The notes: generated by a model not told the origin, from the letters alone. DNA of 63,946 nt, filler included, from Thelocarpon superellum (GCA_026025795.1; 3 parts of 3 records of this genome joined end to end with filler, not necessarily neighbours in it); one strand, 5' to 3'. Shown: positions 14,852 through 25,949, numbered from the whole stretch's first letter. Program-made: numbers and translations.

Positions 14852-16228
14852 TCAAGAGCATTGTACCGTGCGTCTGACGACTTCATCGCCCGGCACCCAC
14901 ACGCCAGGCTGGTACAGCTCCAACGTCACATTTGGAGGGAGCGTCGCCACGCCGACGGGGTCTGGGGGACTGGTGTCGTTGGTCTCATTGCCAAGTCTGA
15001 CATCTTCATCATGACGCACGCGGTCAGCGGAGTTGGTCCGTCGAGCAAGACGGCGAGCTTCGGGTAGGATACCTAGCGTGCGTTTGCCCAAGCCGGTACT
15101 GGCCAGGATCCCGCCGCCTGCGCAGTATCCGTTGAGGTACTCGAATCCAGCCGCGACGCCGTCGAAACGGCTAACCACGACGCGTGAGCTGGCCTCAACG
15201 CGGGCTGTCATTTGTCCTGCCCGTCGACCTTCAGCCGCCCCATCTCCCGACTCGGGTCGAAGCAGCCTACCGTGTGTTATCGAGAGGGGCGTGTCGGGGT
15301 CGAAGGTGAGGGGAAACTTTGGTTTCATCATCTCCTTTAGTGCGGCAAAGTCGCTCTTCGAGGGCTGTCCAAGTTGGGATAGGCAGTCGACTTACAGCCC
15401 TACCGCTGATGGGGGCGACTGCACCCCCGGTGGCAGCTGGGGCAGTCCTTGCATCTTCGAGCCATACACCCTCACCATCACGGAGTCCGAGAGTGCTGGG
15501 ATACGATCAGCGGATTTCCCAAGTGATAGGCGGGCGAGAATCCAATGCAGGCGCCACCGAGATGGCCGAGATGAAGGAGGTGCACCAGTACTCACAAAGC
15601 TGGTGATTGAAAGACTCCAGTCCATTGTTTGCGATTTCCCGTAGCACTTCTGCAAGCTTTTCCACTCGAAACCCGCTGACGCCGACGCCGACGCCTGGTG
15701 CGGAGGGTACGCAGTCGTCGATGATCTCTTCGGCGGTGTGGTGTACGTGTGCCGATGTGCTCTGGTATTGAGTGCTCGTGGTGCCGTTGACGTCCAAGCT
15801 GATCGTACAGGCTGCGCTAGTCAGCATGGATCTCCTCGGGGCCCCGGAGGTCTGGCTCCATGGCCCACCTCGTCGCGAAACGGAGTTGCCAACTTACCCG
15901 GCGTGCCATATCACTGTGGCGTCAAGACCATGGTAAAGGCCATGGGACCAATTTGTCCTGGCTAGACGTGCTTGTACGTGTTGACAAGGTGATCATCGTT
16001 GGGCATTGACTCTAACGCGGAGATGCAGCTGTCCCGCTGTATGGGGCGGTTCGTTCTTGTAGAACATTAGGAATTGCCTCTCCGGACGAAGCCACTAATG
16101 GCGCTGGGGAGGGGGATCCAGTCGGCAATGTCACCCAGTGAAACTTGGCTGCCGACTTCATGACTGAGGGCAAGAATTAGGACGAAGAGAGGAGGTAAGA
16201 TGGACGGCGGAGACCGTCGGTGCGCCAT
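14852..16228 (-). pseudogene. Secreted Cys-containing protein gene with four in-frame stops
   Basis: Signal-peptide-like N-terminus and canonical introns (15897-15812, 15595-15496) keep one frame. That frame is interrupted by TAA 16067-16069, TAG 15962-15964, TGA 15911-15913 and TAA 15392-15394. Confidence 0.6.
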
Positions 16229-16247
16229 GATGGAGACTCGGGATGAA

Positions 16248-16296
16248 TCACCCGTCACCCGTCACCCGTCACCCATCACCCATCATCCGTCACCCG
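16248..16296. repeat. Heptamer tandem repeat (TCACCCG)x7, degenerate
   Basis: Read directly. Confidence 0.85.
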
Positions 16297-17009
16297 TTAG
16301 CCGAGGTCATGTAGAGTGCAAATAACCAAGTCCAATCCGCTCCGACGAGACGACGGTCTTCTGAGAAACGATGGGCGGAGACCCATCTTCATCCTCTGCG
16401 TGGCTGATGATCGCTCAAAGGATAGGGGACAATAGACGGAGGACATTTGACCTAGGTAGTGGGAGAACCTCCGCTACTCGTACACGTACTTGCATCGATA
16501 AGAATGGCGGCGTCGAGGGACCCACCCCAGTCTTCGCCCCGTGCCTGTTGGGCGCAGATGCCCTCGCTACCAGAAACTCTAGACGGTCCCCTACGCTCCG
16601 CGGCTTGATGGCCAAGAAGTCGCGCGGTTCACTGCCGAGTACGCGTGGTTACTCGCACTCGTACCTCAACTTCAAGGGAAGGAGTTACCGTTCGGCTGTG
16701 CGGCCCGCTCTCTAGGACTAGCCGTTTAACTGCCGGGCGACAGGATGCGATCGCCTGACGCGGCGCCCGGCGTCCCGTTCAGTGTCTTGCAAATTCATGC
16801 AATTCGAGCCATGGAATTTCTTCCGCCAAGCTTGAGACCCAGCATGATGTGGAGACGGTGGATGGTCTAAGAATAGCCCTACAACTTGTTGGCTGTTTGT
16901 AGCATTGCATGATGATGGATGTACAGTTTATTGGCCCCTGGGAGACGACATCGGTATCCTCCATTCCTCCTTGTCCTACCCGTCCCTGGCAGCACGGACG
17001 AATCAAGCG

Positions 17010-18033
17010 TCAGAGTTCCCTCTGGGGAATCAGGATCCAGCTGGTAGTCTCGTCGCCGTGCTCATCCATCACGATGTGCTGTCTCAGCTCGCCCAGCTTG
17101 CGATGCGGAGGCTCGTAGACCAAGTCGTCCGAGGCGGAGCAACACCCATGGCTGACGTAGCTGGTGTTACACGCGCAGGCGGCGTGGAGGTCCGACGCAT
17201 CGCGTGCGCGCAGTCGAGGGCTCTTGGGATAGACGGGGCCGCAGGCGAGGATCAGTGCTCCAGCCGCCAGATGGCCCAGCATCGACGCAGACCGGACCGC
17301 GCGACACGTCTTGCAGGGCAGCACCCCTCGCGCCAGGGCAGGGTAGACGCTGGAGCACTGGTGCGAGCTGCTGCACGGCTGATTGAGGCAGTAACCCCTC
17401 GAGTTATATGGGGGCTGAGGGTCATTGCCGCACGCGGCAACCGTATCGGCGCCGGCGGTCTGTGTATCGGCCGGGCAACTTATCGTCTCTTCGTCCGCAT
17501 CGTCGAAGAGCGAATCATGCTCGCTCGGGAGGGAGCCGTCGGAGCCTGGATGCGATTGGGACTGGGATCCCCACAGGATCGAGCTATCCTCATCCGAAGG
17601 CGCATCTTCGCAGGAACATGATGCCCTGCACATTCGGTCTGCCGCCTCGTCCTCCACTTTCGGAGGGCGGTTATTTTTGGCCTGGTGGCTCTCATCACAG
17701 TGCCATCCGATATCAAAACACCGCTTGGTGACTCGTCTGGTCCCGGACCAACAGGTGAGGAGGTGCTGAAAACCAAGCCAGTGTTAGAAGAGTGGAGCCA
17801 GAAAGGGATCATGCGGGGGGGCGGACCATCCTGGGCCGTTGAGGCCGTGCCGGTTGTGCGGGCTGACTGGGCCGTGCGGGCTCTACGTCCATGGGTTTCA
17901 CAGAGCTTCCGGGATTCTGACAGCTGCTCGGGAGTGCGTGGATGAAGAGGCAGAGGAAAAGGACCAACGACGCCGACGCCAGGACCGAAAGCTCCGTGAT
18001 CCGGACTCGGAACATGAGGCTCGGTCTGACCAT
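17010..18033 (-). CDS. Secreted cysteine-rich protein of unknown function (two exons)
   Basis: Hydrophobic leader VLASASLVLFLCLFIHA. Intron 17826-17766 (GT...CTAAC...TTTTCAG) joins to HLLTCWSG...CRASCSC, an acidic linker, and a C-terminal CACNTSYVSHGCC...LVYEPPHRKLGEL. Confidence 0.75.
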
Positions 18034-18983
18034 GATTGAAATGGGATTGGAGGGCCTCAGCTTCTCCACACGCGCGCCAACCCACAGAGGAAGATTCGAG
18101 TCAGGAGAGAACAGATCCGGAAGACTGGACGTAGGGCATGGCACCTGGATGAAGAGAGACGAGGAGACAAGACCAGATCCTCCGGGTCCATGGGGAGCAG
18201 TAATGCCTCATATATAGCCTCCATCGCCGTGCACAGATCTCTCGTGGTGCACGCAAGCCACCCCACCGGCGTTGGATCTAGCGTAAGGCATAAGAGCTCC
18301 TTGTGCACGTCCGCTGGTCCTTCATGCCGATGGAAGATTGCGATCGGTCGCACGCGGGATGCAAACAACATCCTGCCTCGATATATAAGGTGTCGTGCGT
18401 GAGGGAAAACAACGGCTACCACGAACATCGTTGGGTGCAGTTGGAGGTGAGATGGCCATCTACACTAGAGGGTAAGAAGTGAGATCGATGCTCATGCCCT
18501 GGTCCTTCATGCCTGCGGCCTTGCCGAACCCGCTTCGGCGCCGTTCCCTAGGACAAAACGTGCGGGCATGGATTCAGCGCTTGCGAAACCCCCTCTCCTG
18601 CGTGGCCCTGCTTGCCCTGAGACATTCTGCCGCCGACACACCCAGGCCATCTCCAATTGATGCGACCGAGTTCAACCATTGGCCAAGGCAAAGTTGGTGG
18701 GAAGACGGTGTTTGGAAGACTCATGGGGCGCATTGCTACAGGTACGAAGTACTTTGAGCGAATGCCACGGGCATGGTGCGGCGACATCGCGCGCCCAAGG
18801 TGGTGGTCGTTCATTCGTGCCTCGGGTACGTCCTTTGATCAGAGATACACGTAGGATAAAACTGTGCCCTTCGCAGCTGCCTTTTCATACGCCGTAGGGT
18901 ATTGTTGAGCTTGCTTTGGAGCCCTCTTCCCCTCCGTCAATTTCCCCCACTTGCTGCCTGACACTCAGCACACCGCACGCCTC

Positions 18984-19303
18984 TCAATTACAGCTGCAGC
19001 CATCGCACGACCAGTTTTGCAGAGGTGCGTCGCCAAAGAGCTTGGTCCAGGAGCCGTCGCCATTGCAATGCAGGTTGGCGAAGCAGACGGGCCAAGACGT
19101 CAAGTCGAAGATGGGGCAGCTTAAGGTATACAGGTTCGACAAGGTCACTCCACCGTTCGGGCCAGGAGTTTCCGTGGGCAGCGCCACCAGAGCCGGGACG
19201 ATGGCGGTCAGCACGAGGCCTGGAATGGAGTCAGGCCGGCCGGTCCGAGAATGGAGCGTGGGATATGGGAACACATGCCTTGGAAGGAAGCGGCGAGCTT
19301 CAT
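18984..19303 (-). CDS. Small secreted six-cysteine protein (about 86 aa), GC-AG intron
   Basis: MKLAASFQG|LVLTAIVPALVALP...LSCPIFDLTSWPVCFANLHC...SCDGCSCN*. The intron at 19278-19220 starts GCATGT and has a CTGAC branch point and a CAG acceptor. TATAAAA lies at 19468-19462. Confidence 0.75.
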
Positions 19304-19869
19304 CTCAACAGGAGGTGAGGGTGAGGATGTAAGCCTAGACGACTACGACGGAAGCTATGGAGGCTCCGAGACGGTGGAGATGAGAGACACCTGCGTGGGA
19401 ACAGATTGGACGGTGGCTTGCAAATGCGGAGAACAGGAGAGGAACGGGGTAAACGCCCGCATTTTATAGAATAGCAGACGCCGCTGACATCTACCTCCAT
19501 GTGTGCGTGTCTTGCAACAAGACGAGGATGGGCGGGCATGGTCGATCGACCTCGCACGAGGCACCGGCTGCGTCGCGATCCCTTGCTCAATGACCCTATA
19601 TTTGATCTGCTTCTGGAAGGCTGGGGATGTATGCCGTCAACGGAAACGCCCTCCTGCTTCTTGTTGCAGCTAGAAGCATTGTTGGCTCGTGAAGGCAGTT
19701 CTGAGGTGGTCGATACAAGATGGAATATACCCCCAGAGCCTCTGGCAGATATAGACCCGTGAATCCATTGACTGCCACAACCAGTCGTCAGGTCAGCAGG
19801 GTGCTAGAAAATGCTAGCCGAACCCGTTTCTGATTGGCGGGCCGGCCAAGAACCTCATTCTAGTAGAAG

Positions 19870-19937
19870 GCTGGGAGCTGGGAGCTGGGAGCTGGGAGCC
19901 CGCAGGTGGTAGCCGGCAGCCGGCAGCCGGCAGCCGG
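19870..19937. repeat. Adjacent heptamer arrays (GCTGGGA)n and (AGCCGGC)n
   Basis: Read directly. Confidence 0.85.
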
Positions 19938-20351
19938 TAAGCGGAGTGCCCGCACCACGAAACATTGCAGATTTGAGGAACCCGCCCTACCACCTTGCCC
20001 ACGCGCTGCACGGCTCGGTTCATCCACGATCCTATCCGCACCAGAGTCTAAATCTCTTGGCGTGTGGCACGTCGGTCTTGCTTTGCTTTCATCGCCCTTC
20101 TATCGACAAGCCTGCCGAGCACACTTTGGGCGGGGGTAGAAATATCGACCGGGAAGCACGGAAGATCCCCAACTTCCATTATACCATAACCAGAGAGTCG
20201 AGGAGATCTCCATCCAAGAGCTACAAAAATGTAAGACGCTCCGTGCACGAGAGAATCCCATCGTTCCCGCCTGCAAACACCACAAGCATCGCGCGTCCAC
20301 CATGCATACCCCAAAGGACCCGACCTGGTCGGGCCACAATGCCCGTCGCGC

Positions 20352-21437
20352 CTACAAGCCAAAGGTGGCGTGCAGCGCCGGCGCCAACCGGCTGGCGACG
20401 ATTTGGTGCATCGCGCCACTTGGGTGGAAGCCGTTGCCCCACATCACGGTCTTGTCATAGTAATAACCAATGGTCGAGTTGTCCTTGAAGCCGTAGCTGA
20501 CCGGGTTGGCCAGGACGTCGCGCCACACCGCGTTGTTATCGAAGAGATAGGTCGTGACCTGAGCCCAGTTCTCGTCAGTCCCGATCCTCACAGTCTCTCG
20601 TCCATGTCGACGGCATCGCGTCTACTTACGTCGGGATGAGCGGCCTCGAACGCCGTGACGTGCTTTTCCAGCGCCGCATTGTATGCGGTCGAGTAGTCGG
20701 CCCAGTGCTGCACCGACTCGGCGCCCATGTCGATGACGGATTGCGAGTATTGCAGCGGCGGCAGGTTGAACCAGAAGAAGTTGCGCAGACCGCTGGTGTA
20801 CAGCTCCGTCACGATCTTGAAGTAGCTGGCCTGGAGCACGTCGATCTCCGGACCAAAGGTGCTCTCGTCGCTAGTGAAGGTGTCCTCGACGTCGTTGATG
20901 CCGATGAAGATGCCGGCGACGCTGTCGCTTGGGGCCCACTGCGCGTACGACGGCCGCTTGCCAGCCAAGGGCAAGAACCATTGTTCGGCCTGCATCTGGA
21001 AGGATTGGTTGTTGCCCGGCACAATCGTCTGATTGATGGTCGCCCCACCCCGCGCATAGTTGTAGCTGAGCGTCAGCGACGCGTTGTACACCGAGCTGAT
21101 GTAGTACACCCAACCCTGCTCCGGGGCTGTGCCGACTCAGCCACGTCCAGAGGCGCGAGGGCCACGGCGGCACACTTACGTCCAAAGTTGCCCAGCGGGT
21201 TGTCCGGCGTCGGCTGCACGCCCTTGGGGTCGAATTGCGTGGTGGTGTACGAATCGCCGCTGCGGGCCATTAGTACGATGTGGTATCATCAGAGTCGACG
21301 ACGTACAAAGTGAAGAGATATCGAGGCGATCCGAGAAGCACCGACTTCGCTTCCGCTCGAGGCGACACCAAGGGCACAGCACCGGTGCTAGCCAGCAGCG
21401 ACGCCGCGGCCGCGACCAGGGAAAGAGAGAAGAGCAT
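20352..21437 (-). CDS. Secreted SGNH/GDSL acetylesterase, CE16-like
   Basis: Signal peptide MLFSLSLVAAAASLLA; block I GDSYT; PTPDNPLGN; block II YNYARGGATI; block III IFIGIND; block V WGNGFHPS; three introns. Confidence 0.88.
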
Positions 21438-22624
21438 GATGACGAAGAGGGTGCGCGTCGACGGTCAAAGCCACACTCAACGCCAAGAGACAACTGCCGG
21501 GAGGGTTGCGATGCACGAGGGCCGATGAGACCGGCGGGGGCGGATCCCATTTGTATTCCGAGCTCCAGCCCCCGCCGCCCTCGTCCGGCTCTTCCATCTG
21601 GGACCTGACCTGTCACAAGGACGCCGCGGACTCCGCTTGAACGGACCGGCTGTTACTCCTTCCATCTTGCGATGCGTTCACGTTCACGGAGCGCCGTCCT
21701 GGAACGAATAGCCTGGGGGAGCGGACGAGACCTTGCCAAGACCGTCCGGTCAACGGCCCATCCACGGCGCCGCGTGAGCGCTACCCCGCACATCTGCGTG
21801 CTGGAAAAGCGCTGGATCGGGATAGTGAGGGCACGCGTCGAGGTCCGGGAAGATCCATCCTGGGGTAGACTGGGGATAGCGGAGCAGCATGTGGGACGGT
21901 GGCGGAGCACGGTGCACGGAGAGCCCACGGGCGACCTGCTGTCTCGTCGCCAGTCACGCTTCGCGAGTCCAATGGGGGAGCTCCGGGCCCTCTTTACCCG
22001 GGCACTGATGCTGATTTGGTCAAGGCGCCTGGCACGCAACGCGCAAGCTCACGCAAGCGAAGCCACGCGGGCACGCGGGCACGCGCTATGGCCTTCTAGA
22101 AGACTTTGCACTTGCTGCAATGATCCACTTCCTTGCACCTGCACCCACTACTGCCACTGCTGGCATCGCTTGGGTGCACTGTGCCGATCCCAGACCGAGT
22201 GCAGGTGCCCCGCCCTCGCTCGATGAAGCCTTCTGGTGGTGCACGAGCACGAGGGTGGACACAGCACCTCCTGGTCGGGAGGTCGTACACGAGGACAAAG
22301 AAGGGTCCGCTTCGCTGGCGTAGACCACGCATTTGCTCGACTCGAGCAAATGACTGCACACTCGGAAGAGACGGCGCAAAGAAGCCCATCGCCGCAGCGG
22401 TCACCCTCAATGCTCATTGGAGGGAGGGGAAAGACGGGCCCGGGCAGTCGTCGGATGGCCGACTGGGATGGGAAGGTCGTCCCCGGATCGAACGGCGATT
22501 AGCGAGGAGGTCGCCAGTTTTCGTTGATGCTCCTTCACGTGCAGCGATGTGCTCGGTGCTGTACGGCCTACGACAGCCGGCACGCGGCACCCAGTGCACT
22601 TCCCTGGCTTAGCCGAGAAGCAGC

Positions 22625-23114
22625 GAGTTGAGCCCCTTGTGGGCCGAATGGACGTCCTGCCGCGGGCGGATACGAGTACTCGCACCCATTGTCCACCATC
22701 CCTCATCTCTGGATCCTTTGCGCAGAGGCACAGCGAAAAGGCAACTTACCTTACTGTGCCTTGTTGGTTGCTTGGAAGCAGCAACCTGCCATGTGTAAAA
22801 TGTACAGTCATCGAGCTTCAACAAGCAGCTAGAAGAAGGTAGAGTCTGTGTACACTCAACTGTACAATGGAGTTGAGCCTCTTGTGGGCCAGATGGATGT
22901 CCTGCCGCAGGCGGATACGAGTACTCGCACCCATCGTCCACCATCCCTCATCTCTGGGTCTCTTGCGTGTAGGCATAGTGAAAAGGCAACTTACCTTACC
23001 GCGCCTTGTTGGTAGCCCAGAAGCAGTAACCTGCCATGCATAAAATGTGCAGTCATCGAGCTTCAACAAGCGGCTAGAAGTAGGTAGAGTCTGCGTACGC
23101 TCAACCGTACGATG
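22625..23114. repeat. Direct tandem duplication of a 245-bp unit, diverged mostly by transitions
   Basis: Copy 1 (22625-22869) and copy 2 (22870-23114) align without gaps; roughly 30 substitutions, nearly all C/T or G/A. Confidence 0.92.
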
Positions 23115-23286
23115 GAATTGCGACCTGATTGGTGCCTTCGAGGCGTCCTCTACCACTACTACTGAAGCGATCGATGCCCTTGTAGCAGGGGCAGCTCCAG
23201 TCTTCCGACTCGGTTAACAGGGAGCCCGCACCTACTTTGGGTGGTGGGCAGTTGCCATTGGTGCTCAGGCTCGAGCTTGCGATTGG

Positions 23287-23386
23287 NNNNNNNNNNNNNN
23301 NNNNNNNNNNNNNNNNNNNNNNNNNNNNNNTTAATTAATTAANNNNNNNNNNNNNNNNNNNNNNNNNNNNNNNNNNNNNNNNNNNN
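23287..23386. other. Artificial contig spacer (N44-TTAATTAATTAA-N44)
   Basis: The spacer core has stop codons in all six frames; an identical spacer lies at 46458-46557. Confidence 0.95.
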
Positions 23387-24198
23387 CTTCGTTTTCCAAC
23401 CTGCGATAGATTTCGTCGCCCTTGATGGCGTTTTCGGTGTTGGTGGTGGAGGGAGTGGGTTGTTTCTCTCCCGCCTCGTCTTGTCCTTTCTCTTCTTCTC
23501 CTCCGATATCCTTCACCACTCCGCTCGCTCCCTCTCCCGTCGGTGATCTCGACGACCCGCGCGGGATCAGATGCACATGAACATGCGGCACGCTCTGGCC
23601 GGCCTCCTTCCCATCCTGCACGGCCAGGTTGATGGCTTTGGCGCCGTACACGCGCTCCAGCATCCGCGAGACCCGCTGCGCGGTCAGGAAGAGATCGGTG
23701 ACTTGCGGTGGTGTGAGCGCGGAGATACGAGACGGGGGACTGGAGGGATTCGAGGTCACACCCGCCTGGTTCGAGGTGGAGAGAGAAGAGGGTGAGGGTG
23801 ATGGTGATGCAGTGAGAGGACATATCAACACATGGCCGGGTAACAAGGGCCGCAGGTTCACGATCGAGAACGTGTAGGCCGTGCGGTAGAAGACCTGCGC
23901 CGAGTTTCATCAGAGGCGAGCGCGTCAAGATTGGCAACGGTAGAAAAAGGGAAGATGCATGTGCGAAAGGAACAGATGTCTTTGGCAATGAGGACCATCA
24001 CAGGCTCTTCCGCACTTTCGTACAGGACTGGAATGCTCATGACCTCTGACAAATTGCTTTACAAGATCAATGGCAGAGATAATGTTATCTACGCACAAGA
24101 TGCGAATACTTCCACGGTATTGGGATGGACAAACGCACCTGAGAAGTCACGTTGAACCCTGCAAAGAAGATCTGTGGTGCGGAAGAAGGCGCTGGCAT
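23387..24198 (-). CDS. HNT2: Histidine-triad dinucleoside triphosphate hydrolase (FHIT-like), truncated at the gap
   Basis: MPAPSSAPQIFFAGFNVTSQ|VFYRTAYTFSIVNLRPLLPGHVLICP...QDGKEAGQSVPHVHVHLIPR (HxHxH); intron 24138-23895. Confidence 0.92.
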
Positions 24199-24530
24199 CT
24201 TTAGTCTATTGCAGATGGGGAATGAATGTCGACCATTAATTATTGGCGGGACTGATAATGAGAGCGTTCCAAAAAGTGCTAATCATTTTACTTTCAGGTG
24301 GCGTCTTGAACACGATTTATACGAGGACCTTATGCGCCTAGGGAGCGCCCTCCGTGGTCTTAACTGAACCTCGTCCAGTGCCCCACCCAAACGAAATCGA
24401 TGTACAACCAGGCGGTGGGCGGTCAATACAATCTACTCGTGAATGAATGTCATGGAAGATAGCCAGGTAGCACACCGGTATTCGCATTGAACGCCTTCGT
24501 CGCCCCCTTTTCCCCCCCCATCCAGCAGAC

Positions 24531-25949
24531 TCAAAATCCCCCGTCCATCCCATCCAAGTCCAAGTGCGTCTCAATTTCAATCGTGCTGCCCAGTGCCTCC
24601 TTCCCCTCTCGGATCATCGCCTTGAGCTTGTCATTGAACTTTTGAATGCTGGCGTCCGCTTCTTTCTCCGCTCGTCGTCGCTTTGCGATCAGACGCAGGG
24701 CGTCGTTTGGAATAGGACTGGCGGGTTGTAGGGGTCTCGAAGCCGGGGATCCAGCAGAGGCTGTGCCGGTCGCCACGGCAGTCGACGTCGATGCCGATGC
24801 AGCGGATCGTGGTGAGGCGTATGATGCCGCCTGTCCAGTTGGTAGCGCGGGCGATCCCGCATGAGAGACGGTGGTGGCTCGAGAGGATGGAAAAGTCGGT
24901 CGTCGGACTGGCCGACTGGAGGAAGCACGAGCGGGACTTCTTGCCGGCGTGTGTTTCAAGGACGGTCTTGTTCGTCGGGCCCCTGATCCCCGCGGCGTGG
25001 CTCGTGACGTGGGGCCACGACTCTGATCCGGCGTTCGGCTCGAACTGACCATGACCCAATGTCCCCGAAGCTCGCCCTCGCCTTTGGACCGTTGGATCTT
25101 CTTTGCCGGTCGATCGGATGCGTCATCCGTGCCAGTGTAGTCGTCGTCATCGCACGGGTACTGCCCCGGCACCGGCGTCGAATCGCGCTGGAAGACGTCT
25201 TCCTTGTGCGGCCGCTCTACTCTCGACCAGGTCTGCGACTCTCCTGCCGTCGTCCCGGGTCGCACGTCGTAGCCCGGGCCGGCCCCGGCAGAAAAGCCAT
25301 GAGATGCGCTCGTCTGCCAAAACTGCCAGACCCGGGCCGCGACACCACCGACGACGCCAAACAATGCGGCGCTCCAGCCCGATTGAGATGGCGTGGCAGA
25401 TTGATCTCCCATACCCATTCCCATGCCCCGACCTCGTCCATTCCCGGGGCGCGCTAGAGCATGGCCGGGGTCGAGCACGCGCTGGGCATCGTCTTCATCC
25501 AACCTCATGCCGTCGCCGTCGCCGTCGGCGAAGTCTTTGTGATCCAGTGGCGCGGCGAGACGAGCTGTCGGGGTATCTAACCCTCCAGCCAGTCGATATC
25601 GCGTGTTGACGAACGGCAGCGGGCTGCAAGGCTCGGCCGACCCGACGATCGATGGCACCGTGTCCGCCCATGGACTCCCACCCAGCGACGCTGGCGTTGC
25701 GTTCGCGTTCATCTCGTCGGCGCGCGCGCGTTTCCGACCTCCCCGGTTGGTCGGGCAGAAACAGTCGCCATCGAGGGAGCCCGTCGAGCGATGGAGCGAG
25801 GACGATGCGGATGCGGACGGAGTGTGCGGCGGTTGGAAGATGCGCGACCGCGCTCCGACCGGTGGGTCGAGCTTGGATGCTTGCGTGGCTTCGTGCATCG
25901 TACCGTCCGTCACAAACGATCCAGGTATCGAGGGATGACGAGACGGCAT
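24531..25949 (-). CDS. Hypothetical, largely disordered Ser/Arg/Pro-rich protein
   Basis: 472-aa intronless ORF; central amphipathic WSAALFGVVGGVAARVWQFW; C-terminal coiled coil DASIQKFNDKLKAMIREGKEALGSTIEI. Confidence 0.75.
   Translation of the reverse strand: MPSRHPSIPGSFVTDGTMHEATQASKLDPPVGARSRIFQPPHTPSASASSSLHRSTGSLDGDCFCPTNRGGRKRARADEMNANATPASLGGSPWADTVPSIVGSAEPCSPLPFVNTRYRLAGGLDTPTARLAAPLDHKDFADGDGDGMRLDEDDAQRVLDPGHALARPGNGRGRGMGMGMGDQSATPSQSGWSAALFGVVGGVAARVWQFWQTSASHGFSAGAGPGYDVRPGTTAGESQTWSRVERPHKEDVFQRDSTPVPGQYPCDDDDYTGTDDASDRPAKKIQRSKGEGELRGHWVMVSSSRTPDQSRGPTSRATPRGSGARRTRPSLKHTPARSPARASSSRPVRRPTFPSSRATTVSHAGSPALPTGQAASYASPRSAASASTSTAVATGTASAGSPASRPLQPASPIPNDALRLIAKRRRAEKEADASIQKFNDKLKAMIREGKEALGSTIEIETHLDLDGMDGGF

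Noticed and set aside
14852..16228. Alternative genetic code or global stop readthrough
   Set aside because: All three stop codons terminate conserved genes normally elsewhere in the window.
20352..20460. Esterase block V lacks Asp (NGFHP), suggesting a dead enzyme
   Set aside because: CE16-type esterases commonly lack this Asp; the catalytic Ser and His are intact.
23331..23342. TTAATTAATTAA as a biological motif
   Set aside because: It is centred in N-runs and repeated identically, so it is an assembly linker.
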